NCBI RefSeq assembly: GCF_000281045.1
Contig: NW_008246086.1
Location: 584,881 to 648,880 of the forward strand
Length of the DNA stretch: 64,000 bases
Source: Saprolegnia diclina VS20
Taxonomy: Eukaryota
Direction: 5' to 3'
Shown here one piece after another: positions 10,107-20,432 of this stretch. The number at the start of each line of letters is the position of its first letter. The stretch's first letter is position 1. The notes beneath the pieces are model-generated. The model did not search any database. It was not told the DNA's origin and saw only the letters and a program-made list of their open reading frames with translations. The translations under genes and the position numbers were made by a program.

Positions 10107-11662
10107 TCAACTGATGGCGCAGTTGTCATGCGTGAGCTTCCCGCGCCGCTCGCGCTCGAGGAGCTCGCGTTGCGTCATGGAAGCTACCATGTTCCTCGGT
10201 GACCAAGGGACAGAAAGCGAGAGAGACGTACGGTTGAGGGTCATGATGAGCGCGTCCCGCGCAATCGTCTCGAGAGCGTCCGACGTGTTCTCGGACGTCT
10301 TTGCACTCGTCTCGATGAAGCGGCAGTTGTACTGCGACGCGGCCGCTTGACCGTCTTCCGAGGGTACGATGCGCGTCGGCAAATCAATCTTGTTGCCGAC
10401 CAGCAGCATCGCCGGCATGTTGGGCGTCGAGTACTGCTGGATGTTCTTCATCCAGTAGCCCACGTCTACAGTATCAATCTATCAGGACATCGCACAGAGA
10501 AACGACGTACTGTCAAAGCCGCGCTTGTCGCTCACGTCGTAGACGAGGATGATACCGTTCGCGCCCTTGTAGTACGCTAAGAATGAGGATAAGCAACCAT
10601 AGAACCATAGCGAGATGCTCGTACTGGACGTGATGCGGTGGAAGCGCTCTTGGCCGGCCGTGTCCCAGATCTGGAGCGCGACGTCGTGCTCGTCTTCGAG
10701 GCGCAGCTGCCGCAGCTTGAAGTCGACGCTACGCAGGGATAGATGAGCACCATTCCATAGAGCGAGAGGAGCGGATCGACGTACCCTGCTGTCGCCAACA
10801 TCGACTCGGAAAACTCGTCGCCAGAGAAGACGCGCATGAGACTCGTCTTGCCGACGCCGCTGTCGCCAAGCAGCAAAAGCTTGATCTTGTGGGGCTTCTT
10901 GACGACCGTCTTGGCCTCGTCGTCCGTGGCTGACGCCGAGAGCGAGGACGGCGCGCGACCGAGCGAGCTGCGCCCCGTGGTGGCCTTTGTGATCGAGCTG
11001 CGGTTCGAGCCGCCGCCGCCGCCCTTCGGGCCAAACTTGGTCAGGACCTTGGACTTGAATCCTGAGAGAAGCGACGACTTGGCCTTGGCGGGCGCGACCA
11101 CTTCTTCGACGACAAGCTCGGGCGCTGGCGTCATCGGTTGCCGTTCCTGCTGCAGCTTGATCGCCTCTTCTTCTGCCATCTTCTTCTCTTCCAGCTCTTC
11201 CTCGGTCATGCTCTTCCTCTCGAGGTCGTCGCCCGTGCGCATGGCGAGGCCTTGTGACAGAATGTCGAGCGCCTTGGCACTCAAGGCGCCCGTCTCGGCA
11301 GGGTGCTGCGCTGCGCGGGAGCCCGACCCGTCGTTGAACGTGATCGAGTCGACGTCGACGGGCGCCGAGCCGGCGAGGTAGATCTTGGTCAGGGCGGCGG
11401 CCTGCCGCGAGACGTCGGTGCCCGAGTAGCTGTCGTCGACAGCGTCGAGGGGCGGCGAGAGCACGTTGTCGCTCGAATCGTCGACGAGCTCGGGCATCTC
11501 GCGAGCCCGCGAGTGCGACCGCGACCGCCCATAGTAGCCATCCGCCTGGTCGTCGCGCGGGGCCTCGCCGCAGAAGGAGCGGCTGCGGCTGCGGCTATCG
11601 CGCTGGTCGAGCATCATCTCCATCTCGCGCTCCCACGCGGCTTGCTCCTCGGCCTCATTCAT
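10107..11662 (-). CDS. Rab-family small GTPase with a long N-terminal extension (multi-exon)
   Basis: G1 GDSGVGKTS, spliced [47 protein letters not shown]-terminal CAIS; 3-4 short introns. Confidence 0.93.
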
Positions 11663-12377
11663 ACTAGAATAGCTCCAGTTTGCTGTTGTTCAACTGTGGC
11701 CCCGAACTGGGCACTCACCCGAGACACTCTGAGAATGCATACCCTAGAGTTGTGTGTTCTATGGAAAAATATACTGCCTATGGCTAATCACACGCGCCTT
11801 AATGCTGGTCCAGGCCACCGACACGTAGCATCATGCTTCTCAGTGGCACTGCGAGCTCGTCGATCGGGGTATACACTGACCACGTACTACCAAGAAGACT
11901 TATGCAAAGCGCTACGCCAATTTGAGTCCAGCTTTTGTCGCGCTGAATTCTAGAGGCTACGTCGTCCAGGGCGTCGTCGCAGGTCGCAGCTGGGCCGCGG
12001 GAACGAGCCGGTCGTTGCTGCCACACGCTTGTCGCTTACGCGACGATGGCTTCATCGCTACAGCGTAATGCGGCGAGATGATGATGACAGCGTCGGTCCA
12101 TCCACCGCCAACCAGACTGATATTGCGCTAACGTTGAAGCAGGACGTATCATAGCACTGCACCCGAGGCGAGGCGTGCGACGTGGCACTGTCCACCTCTC
12201 CAAGCAGGCGTGGCACAGAGAGACAAGGGCGCGTTGATGCATCTTGACGCCATGCCTGCGACGTGAGATCGAGCAATTCGTACTGCCGGAACGAATTGGC
12301 GCGCTAAAACGTACGCGTTAAAATATGTATTTTTAGAGGTTTGTCGCTTGGTGGTGGTCACAACAACAAGACCAGCG

Positions 12378-12956
12378 ATGGGCCGACTCGCAAGCAAGCG
12401 CAAGATCAAGCAGTGCGACCCGTTCTTCAAGGGCAAGCGCGAAGGCGAAGGCGACAAGTACGACAGAGCGCCAACGGTCTCGAAGCGCAAGAAGCGCAAG
12501 GACCGCAAGATGCTGGACCAGGCGGCCATCGACCGCTTCGTGCTGGGCGGCGACGCCTCGTCGTCCGAGGCGATCCAGGCCAAGAAGAAGCGCAAGAAGA
12601 ACGAAGGCGCGCTCGGCGACGTCGAAGGCCGGCGGCCGGGCGAGAGCATGCGCGCGTTCAACCAGCGCATGGGCGTCGAGGTGCGAAAGGTGCTCTACCA
12701 AGAGTCCAAGAAGGACCGCAAGTCGAATGTCAAGAAGAAGGAGTTCTTTAGCGCCAAGAAGGAGAAGCTCAAGCGCAAGAAGATGACGGACCAGGAAAAG
12801 TACGACCTTGAGTACCAAGAGACGGGCTCGACGAAGCGCGATACCTTCAGCGCGACCGAGAAGGTCCGGTTCGGCGACCGGTACGACGCGCCGCCGATCC
12901 TGCCCGTGCTCAAGGGCGTCTTCAAGAAGAAGGCCGAAGCCAAGTCGAAAAAGTAA
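12378..12956 (+). CDS. Lysine-rich nucleolar protein, CCDC137-like
   Basis: RRPGESMRAFNQRM and EKVRFGDRYDAPPILP motifs typical of this family; strong codon bias. Confidence 0.7.
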   Translation: MGRLASKRKIKQCDPFFKGKREGEGDKYDRAPTVSKRKKRKDRKMLDQAAIDRFVLGGDASSSEAIQAKKKRKKNEGALGDVEGRRPGESMRAFNQRMGVEVRKVLYQESKKDRKSNVKKKEFFSAKKEKLKRKKMTDQEKYDLEYQETGSTKRDTFSATEKVRFGDRYDAPPILPVLKGVFKKKAEAKSKK

Positions 12957-12996
12957 ATCGCCGCAAAATAGAGTCCCTTGTACACTTGAGTCGTCC

Positions 12997-13540
12997 TTAG
13001 CTCGTGCCCACGCGGGCCTCGGCCGCTGCTTGGTCGACGCGCTGCGAGGGCACCGAGAGGAGGAGCCCGAGGACCTATAGAACGATGCAACAGTCACACC
13101 CGCAACAAAGACGTTGCATCGAGTACCTGTGCCAAGCGTGCGACGTCGCCATGGCAGGCCTCAAAGCAGTAGGCATGGGCGTGCCACCGCAGCGACAAGA
13201 GCTCGTCGTAGAGCGGCTACGCAGTAGTAGGGATGGCAACGCTGTCCATGGTCTCGCCTGTGGTTCGCACCTGTGAGTAAGGCGCTGCGTTTGGGTGCAG
13301 GAAGAGCAGGTCCACGCAGAGCGCCGCGTCGCCTGCCAGTGCTTGTAGCCGGTCGCTGAGCTGCCGTTCCATGCCACCGTCGGTCGGCGCTAGCACCCAG
13401 AGGACGTGCGTCGTCTCGCTGCTCCTGGCGCGGGCTACCTCGTGGCCGAGCACGCGCTTTGTGGCGGCGAACTGCTGCAGGAGCGCGTCTTCTTCCGGAT
13501 CGAGCCCATCGCCATCGACATGCAGGTAGACATGGTCCAT
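12997..13540 (-). CDS. Hypothetical protein (probably 3 exons)
   Basis: MDHVYLHVDGDGLDPEEDALLQQF... with coding-like codon usage; plausible short introns join the downstream frames. Confidence 0.55.
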
Positions 13541-14120
13541 CGTCGTCGTCGGCGCAGAGGCAGGAAGCACCGCGTAACAAATCGACGTAACACGCGATCT
13601 TGCCCGGCTCGCAGCAGCATTCCCTCGCTATAGGGACTTTTCACATCCATATTGGCCGTTATGGTCGCGTGTGGACCGCACGTTGCGGTTGTGAAAGATA
13701 CACTTGCCTTTGTATGCAACGCCGCCGCGTGGAATATTAAAATATTGGACTATACAAAGTCCAAGTCATATGTGCTCGCATATTGGTGCGGCCCCGGCGA
13801 GGCCACGACATCCTCGCCATACACAGTTGATGCGCGCTGTTGCTATCGGGGATAGCTTGGAGGGCCACCCGCAGATAGCTCGTTATACCGCTTGCGTAGG
13901 CGTCTGCGGGCGACGGCGTCGCAGGGGTGCGGGAAGGTCCGTATTCCGAGGTCCGTATCGCAAGGTGGGCGTAATGGGCTGGGGTCGAAAGATCGTTTTT
14001 TCATCCGCATACAAACATTGAGTGATAAAATGCGCGGGTGCAAATATTGGCGGCAATATATTCAATATTTTGACGTCAGTGTGGATGAGGGAGGCGCCCA
14101 TATTGGATTTGAGCAGGCCC

Positions 14121-17100
14121 ATGGCGCATATCAAGCCGGCGGCAGCGCTTCCAAGCCATGAGCGCTTCCAGGCGCGGGCGCCGACGGACATGAGCAACCT
14201 CTCCATCAACCAGCGCCTGGTCATGGAGAACAAGAAGCGGGCGGCTGCGCTCCGGCGCCGCAACACGATCGAGGTCGAGAAGATGCTCACGGCGGCGCCG
14301 GTCGAGGTCGGCGCGCAGATCTGGCTGCCGGACCCGGAGACGGTCTGGCGCATCGTCGAGATCGTCAAGTACCACGAAGAAGAGAAGGGCATGATCGTCA
14401 CGGTCGTCGGGCCGCGCGGCCAGGAGCAGGTCGACATGCGCGACCTTGGCGACCTCTACCGCGTCAACCCGCGCGTCGTCGACGACATGACGTCGCTCTA
14501 CTACATTCACGAAGCGGGTATCCTCGAGAACCTCAATGTGCGCAGTCGCCTCGACAACCAGCGCCCGTACACGTTCATGGCCAACGTGCTCATCGCGGTC
14601 AACCCGCTCCGGAAGGTCGTCGAGCCCCACATCAAGGACTACGTCAAGACGCAGATGGGCGACCGCCCGCCGCACCCGTACGCGGTCGCCGAGGTTGCGT
14701 TCCAGCAAATGTCGCTGCGGTCGCCGTCGCAGTGCCAGTCGATTGTCATCTCGGGCGAGTCGGGTGCTGGTAAGACCGAGACGTCCAAGATCGTACTGCG
14801 CTACATCACGACGCGCGAGCACATTCTGAGCACCGACTCGGCGCCGATCGCGAGCTCAAAGCTCTCGTCGCAGGAGCTCGACCGCCGGCTCTGGGACACG
14901 AACCCGATTCTCGAGGCCTTTGGTAACGCCAAGACGCTGCGCAACCACAACTCGTCGCGCTTTGGCAAGTTCATGAAGCTCCAGTTCTCCGACTCGGGCA
15001 ACCGGCTGCACCTCATGGGCGCGTTCATCGAGACGTATCTCCTCGAGAAGTTCCGCGTCGTCGCGCAGATCCCGAACGAGCGCAACTTTCACATCTTTTA
15101 CTTTCTCCTTGCCGGCGCGTCGGACGAGCTCTCGGCCAAGCTCTCGCTCCAGAGCCCGACGGACTTTTTCTACCTCAACCAGAGCGGCTGCGTGAGCGAC
15201 CCCAACATTGACGACGAGCTCCTCTTTGACGACGTCTGCAGCGCGCTCAAGACGGTCGGCGTCGACGCCGACAAGCAGCTCGCGGTCTGGACGCTCCTCG
15301 CGGGTATCTTGCACCTCGGCAACGTCGTGCTCGTCAACCGCGAAACGTCGGAAGGTGACTGCGCCGAGGTCTCGTCGGCCACGACACCGGCGCTCGGTAC
15401 GTGCGCCAAGCACCTCGGCGTCGACAGCGCGCACCTCGAGCGCGTCATTACGCAGCGTGAGATTGAGACGCGCGGCGAGAAGTTTGTCATCAAGCGCAAC
15501 GCCAAGGAGGGCAGTTATGTCCGTGACGCGATCGTCAAGTCGATCTACCAGCACCTCTTTGACTGGATCGTCCAGCACATCAACGTGGCGCTCGGGCACG
15601 GGCCGCCGGAGCTGCCGTTCATTGGTGTCCTCGACATCTTTGGGTTCGAGTCGTTTGCGATCAACGATTTCGAGCAGCTCTTGATCAACTACGCCAACGA
15701 AGCGCTCCAAGCGACGTTCAACCAGCAAGTCTTTATCGCCGAGCAAGAGCTCTTTTTGCATGAAGGCATTGACGTTGGGAAGATCCAGTGGCCGGACAAC
15801 CGCGACTGCATCGACTTGATCGCCGCCAAGCCCAACGGCGTGCTCGCCCTTCTCGACGCCGAAGCGCGGACGCAGAAGCCGTCGGACGACAAGTGGAATG
15901 CGACCTTGCACAAGACGCACGCAGGCCACGCGCACTTTTTGGCGCCGCACGAGAAGGACAAGAAGTTTGTCTTTATCATCAAGCACTTTGCGACCATGGT
16001 GCCGTACACGATCGGCAACTTTATCGACAAGAACAACGACACGATCCCGAAGGACCTCGAAGACCTCGTGCTCTCGTCGACGTCGTCGCTCATGGCGCAG
16101 ATCTACAAGGACGGCGCCGACCTCCCATCGACCGGCTCGTCGCTCAAGAAGCCGAGCGTCTCCAACAAGTTTTGCGACCAGATGCACGCGCTCGTCGACA
16201 CGCTCAACGCGACGCGCTGCAACTTTATCCGGTGCGTCAAGCCCAACCCGACCATGGCGCTCGGTGTGTTTGACAATGGCTACGTCGTCGACCAGCTCCG
16301 CTGCACGGGCATGCTGGCGACGTGCGAGCTCCTCAAGGTCGGCTTGCCCACGCGCGTCTCGTACGATGAGATTTGCCGCATCTACAAGCCGGTCCTGCCG
16401 CCCAACGTGACGCCCATGTTTGCGTGCTACAACGAGCGCACGTTCACGGAAGCCGTGCTCTGGGCCTTCCGCGTCGACAATGACGCGTACCGACTCGGTC
16501 GCACGCGCGTGTTCTTCAAGACGGGCAAGATTGCGCTCCTCGACGCGCTCCTCAAGGTCGACATGAAGAAGATGGGCCCGTGGATCGTCGCGCGCCTCAA
16601 GAAGTGGCTCGCGCGCCGCCGGTGGCGCTACGCGACCGCCAAAATCCTTGCGCAGCGCGCATTCCTCTGGCTCCTCGAGCAGACGCGCAAGCGCAAGGCC
16701 GCGATTCTCAAGCTGCAGTCGGTCGTCCGCATGTACAACGTCCGCAAGCAGTTTCTGCAGAGCCGCACGCGCCACCGTGAAGCGGCGAAGCGCAAGCTCG
16801 CGGCGCAGCACCGCTGGAAGATTGCGATCGCGCACGTCCGTGGCCGCGTCGCGTTCTTGGAGCTCTTTGCCAACGCGCGCGCCAAGCTCGCGGCCGAGCA
16901 GGCCCGCATCAACCGCGCGGCTGTCGTGCTGCAGGCTATTGCGCGCGGGAAGCTCGCGCGGCGCGAAGCCGACCGCCTCCGCCGGCTCGCCCAAGACGCC
17001 GCGATGCGTATGCGCCTTGCCCAGGAAGCACGCGCCCGCGCCGAAGAGTCCAAGAAGACGGCCAAGAAGCGCTGGCACGCGGCACTGTACACGATCATGG

Positions 17101-18608
17101 CCCAGCGCCACTTTGTGCAGCGTCTCGTCAAGATCCGCAACGCCCGTCTTGCGGCCGAGAAGGCGCAAGCCCGCCAGCGCGAAGAGATGGAGGCCCGCCG
17201 CCAGGTGGAGGCAGCCGAGCACGCGCGCATGGCGTACCTCCAACTTCAGTCGGCGATCAAGATCCAGGCGGCGTACCGCGGCAAGCTCGGCCGCGACGAA
17301 GCCCGGCGTGTGGCCGCGGTCGTCTACGCCCAGCGCGCGGCCGAAGCCGCAGTGCTCGCCGCTGAAGAAGCTGCGCGGGCGGCCGAGATTGCGTCGGAAG
17401 CGCACCAAGCCGAAGCCGCCGCGCTCCGCAAGCTCGACTCGCTCGAGGCGACGCGCAACGCGACGATTCGGTCGGTTGGCCTCGCGAGCGCCGGTGTCAT
17501 GGGCACGGCCGGCGTCCACGGTGTCGCGGGCGAGGCCTCGGCCATGGGCGCGATGGGCTCGCAGGGCGTCGCTGGTGCCGTCATGGGCCACCAAGAGAGC
17601 CTGCACGAGCCCGATCTCAGCTGGATGCCGCAGGACGCGCCGATCGTCTCGGAAACGACCGTCGGCGATGCGATGCGCGCCGAGCAGCTCGCCCAGGCCG
17701 GCCGCGACCTCTTTGGCGAAGAAGGCGCCGAGGTTGTCGGGCCGCTCGAGAGCGCTGAAGACGACAACCTGCGCAACCCGGTCGAGCGCTTCCAGGAGTT
17801 CCCGACGGGCCCGCCGATCCCGTACAAGGGCGGCATCTTTACGTGCACGCTCCTCGGCCACCGCAAGCTCCAGGACGAAAACTGGGGCGACGAGTACACG
17901 GAGTATGTGCTCCGCGTCACGTGGGGTCGCGACATCCTCGAGCAGTCCAAGACGGCGTGGCTCGTCGGCGGCCGCTACAACGACTTCAACTCGCTCCACC
18001 AAGAGCTCAAGGCGGCAGCGTCGGGCAAGCGGGGCAAGCGCGCGCCGTGGTTCCCGCGCTTCCCGAAGCGCCACCCTTTCTCGTCGCTCATTGGCAAGAA
18101 CCAGGAAGAAAAATTCATCATCAAGCGCGAGAAGGAGTTGAACCGGTACATGACACAAGTGCTCACGCAAATGCCGGACGCGCTCTTGAACGTGCACATG
18201 GACCGCTTCCTCCAGCTCACGCTGCGCACGTCCGACATTTGCGAGCGCGAGGCGTTTGCCGAGGCCCGCAAGGCGTGGGAAGAAGAGGAGCGTCAAGCGA
18301 TCGCGAACGCTGCGGACGCCGAGCCGCTCAACGACGCCGAGCTCCACGAAGTCGAGCAGCTCGTCCACGAGCTCTTGGAGAAGGTCATGTACAGCCAAGG
18401 CGACATTCGCAACGACAATGGACTGCAAGAGATGATCCACGCGGTCAAGGTGCTCCAGCCGCGCGTGACGGCGTCGGCGCAGATCGGCGCAGGTGTCAAC
18501 ATGGAGCTTGTGCCGCTCGCGATGCAGCTCCAGGACGACATTCAAGACGCGTTTAGTCAGTACAACGACACGCTCTTGGCGCTCCGACTCGACCAAGACT
18601 TTCACTAA
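14121..18608 (+). CDS. Unconventional myosin: SH3-like N-terminus, motor, IQ/helical neck, PX domain, GAT-like C-terminus
   Basis: P-loop GESGAGKT, NPILEAFGNAKTLRNHNSSRFGKF, DIFGFE, FIRCVKPN, GRTRVFFK; IQ motifs (LQSVVRMYNVRK, LQAIARGKLAR, IQAAYRGKLGR); PX-like GRYNDFNSLHQEL...FPRFPKR...FIIKREKELNRYM. Single exon; start could be 14121 or 14190. Confidence 0.97.
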   Translation: MAHIKPAAALPSHERFQARAPTDMSNLSINQRLVMENKKRAAALRRRNTIEVEKMLTAAPVEVGAQIWLPDPETVWRIVEIVKYHEEEKGMIVTVVGPRGQEQVDMRDLGDLYRVNPRVVDDMTSLYYIHEAGILENLNVRSRLDNQRPYTFMANVLIAVNPLRKVVEPHIKDYVKTQMGDRPPHPYAVAEVAFQQMSLRSPSQCQSIVISGESGAGKTETSKIVLRYITTREHILSTDSAPIASSKLSSQELDRRLWDTNPILEAFGNAKTLRNHNSSRFGKFMKLQFSDSGNRLHLMGAFIETYLLEKFRVVAQIPNERNFHIFYFLLAGASDELSAKLSLQSPTDFFYLNQSGCVSDPNIDDELLFDDVCSALKTVGVDADKQLAVWTLLAGILHLGNVVLVNRETSEGDCAEVSSATTPALGTCAKHLGVDSAHLERVITQREIETRGEKFVIKRNAKEGSYVRDAIVKSIYQHLFDWIVQHINVALGHGPPELPFIGVLDIFGFESFAINDFEQLLINYANEALQATFNQQVFIAEQELFLHEGIDVGKIQWPDNRDCIDLIAAKPNGVLALLDAEARTQKPSDDKWNATLHKTHAGHAHFLAPHEKDKKFVFIIKHFATMVPYTIGNFIDKNNDTIPKDLEDLVLSSTSSLMAQIYKDGADLPSTGSSLKKPSVSNKFCDQMHALVDTLNATRCNFIRCVKPNPTMALGVFDNGYVVDQLRCTGMLATCELLKVGLPTRVSYDEICRIYKPVLPPNVTPMFACYNERTFTEAVLWAFRVDNDAYRLGRTRVFFKTGKIALLDALLKVDMKKMGPWIVARLKKWLARRRWRYATAKILAQRAFLWLLEQTRKRKAAILKLQSVVRMYNVRKQFLQSRTRHREAAKRKLAAQHRWKIAIAHVRGRVAFLELFANARAKLAAEQARINRAAVVLQAIARGKLARREADRLRRLAQDAAMRMRLAQEARARAEESKKTAKKRWHAALYTIMAQRHFVQRLVKIRNARLAAEKAQARQREEMEARRQVEAAEHARMAYLQLQSAIKIQAAYRGKLGRDEARRVAAVVYAQRAAEAAVLAAEEAARAAEIASEAHQAEAAALRKLDSLEATRNATIRSVGLASAGVMGTAGVHGVAGEASAMGAMGSQGVAGAVMGHQESLHEPDLSWMPQDAPIVSETTVGDAMRAEQLAQAGRDLFGEEGAEVVGPLESAEDDNLRNPVERFQEFPTGPPIPYKGGIFTCTLLGHRKLQDENWGDEYTEYVLRVTWGRDILEQSKTAWLVGGRYNDFNSLHQELKAAASGKRGKRAPWFPRFPKRHPFSSLIGKNQEEKFIIKREKELNRYMTQVLTQMPDALLNVHMDRFLQLTLRTSDICEREAFAEARKAWEEEERQAIANAADAEPLNDAELHEVEQLVHELLEKVMYSQGDIRNDNGLQEMIHAVKVLQPRVTASAQIGAGVNMELVPLAMQLQDDIQDAFSQYNDTLLALRLDQDFH

Positions 18609-18734
18609 ACGATAGTGTAGCGCAACGGAACGCTGCCCCACGACGCTCCTCGTAGCGTAGATAAGAAGCCAACATCATGCATTTTGCACTTGTTGATATC
18701 TCGCTTGGTTGTTGGCAACAGGACGAGGTTCGAG

Positions 18735-19502
18735 TCGGTCTGCGAGTGGGTTCGACTACAAGAGGGATCGCTGAGCTCACTGGAAACCACCCGGGCGTAA
18801 CATGGCCTTTTAGTTAGTTAATGCAAATATGACTTAGGAGAAAAAACGTTTGATTGATTGAATGTTATGGGGACTACAAAGCGAGCCGGGCGGGCCGAGC
18901 TATCGATGTAGTTAAAGGGCTGCCTAAAAGACAAGAGGAGAATGAATATGCAAACCGTTGGTGAAGCCTTGCACAATACCGAGATGTGCAGTCTTGAGCA
19001 ACACAGCCTGCATCTGTCGCGCGCGAGACAGGCGCGGCGGTGGTCGGATCCGAGACAGGCGCGGTGGCGGTTGCGTCGGCGACAGGCAGCTCGAAGATGG
19101 CCAGAGCGACATTCGAAACGATGATACCGAGGCGCAAACCGTCGACGTCCTCCATGCCCGCGAAACACACCTTGGGTGTCAAGAACGCCTCGCTCGTAGA
19201 GCAAATCGAAGCGAAGCGGACCTGCGCGCCGCCGGTCGCCAAGACGACGTTGGCAAAGCCCTCGCCGTGCACGACGTAGGACGTCTGCGCCTTGCACAAG
19301 CTCGCTGTGTATAGGGCTGCCCACGTGCTCTTTGAGGCGTCCGGCAAGTCGCCGGCGGCAATGGCCTTGGCGAGCTTCGCACGCGTCGAGGTCGGCCGCC
19401 AGCCCGGCCTTGACCTTGACAATGGCTGCCATCTTGTCGACCAGATTGGGCAGTGGCACGACCTTGTCGCGGTGGTCTCCCGCGGACCTGCTGCCATGAT
19501 CA
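18735..19502 (-). repeat. Second copy of repeat module A (inverted), interrupted by a Pong-like insertion and resuming at ~20910-21240
   Basis: Reverse-complement identity with ~3440-4500. Confidence 0.85.
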
Positions 19503-19702
19503 GAGCATCTCCATCCGACGTCCTATTTCCTATTTTCACGGAGGGCTGTGATTGGTGGATCCTATCGTGAAATAGGAATAGGTTTGCCATCTTCACCCGT
19601 CCATCCTATCCAAGCGGCATATACCGGATAAACTCGAATTAACCGGCTTCGCGCCTTTTTGTAAGCTCTCTTGCGCGCGCACTCACTTCGGTATTAGCGC
19701 CA

Positions 19703-20308
19703 ATGCACCGTAACTGGCGCGAGTTCTTGCTCGATGACGACGACGATGACGAACTCGTGCACGAGGTATTTCACCGACCGAACAAGCGACGCCACGGCGG
19801 CGGTGTTGTTGGTCGCAAGATGGTAAAGCGCGACATCGCGTCCGGCCACAGCAACATCATGCGCGACTACCTCAGCCCCGATCCAACCTACGGCGAGACC
19901 CTCTTCAGACGTCGGTACTGTCCCTACCATGGCGTTGTGCAATGCCTTACCTCGTGTAGATTCCGCATGTCCAGTGCAATGTTTCGCAGAATCGTCGGCG
20001 ACCTCGAGAGCGACAGTTTTTTTGCGCAGCGACGCGACAGAGCTGGCCGTCTCGGGGCGTCACCGGAACAGAAGATCACGTTCGCTTTGCGTATGCTTGC
20101 GTATGGAACGCCCGCTGACGCGCACGACGAGTATCTTCGATTATCGGAGACCACTGGCCGTAAGTCCTCGACTGCTGAGAAGTTCGTTGATGAGGTTGAT
20201 TCGGTATCTTGCCAAATAGAAAACTCACTCGTACGCTTCTGTGCAGCAATTGTGGAAACGTACAAGCACGAATATCTCAGGGCGCCGACCCGAGAAGACC
20301 TAGAGCAA
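19703..20308 (+). pseudogene. Truncated Pong/Harbinger transposase (N-terminal half; DDE core absent)
   Basis: RDYLSPDPTYGETLFRRR/FRMS..MFRRIV, FFAQRRDRAGRLGASPEQKITFALRMLAYGTPADAHDEYLRLSETT, FCAAIVETYKHEYLRAPTREDLE; two short introns; ends abruptly. Confidence 0.9.
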
Positions 20309-20432
20309 CGACCTCGTTCCAAAACTGTGCCGCCTTCTTGTCGGCGCCTTCAGTCGAGCTGGTGCTCACCGACATCCAAGCTCGCGCAAGCGTGGCGACC
20401 TCCTCTGGTGTCCAGATCTTTTGGCGACCCAT
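20308..20432 (-). pseudogene. Truncated Myb/SANT-like (NAM-associated) ORF1 of the Pong element
   Basis: MGRQKIWTPEEVATLARAWMSVSTSSTEGADKKAAQFWNEV matches the W(T/S)xxE..L..AW..VS.....G..Q....FW pattern. Confidence 0.85.

Noticed and set aside
14856..18641. 1261-aa antisense ORF opposite the myosin
   Set aside because: Shadow of strong GC3 codon bias; R/V/L/E-rich text with no domain motifs.
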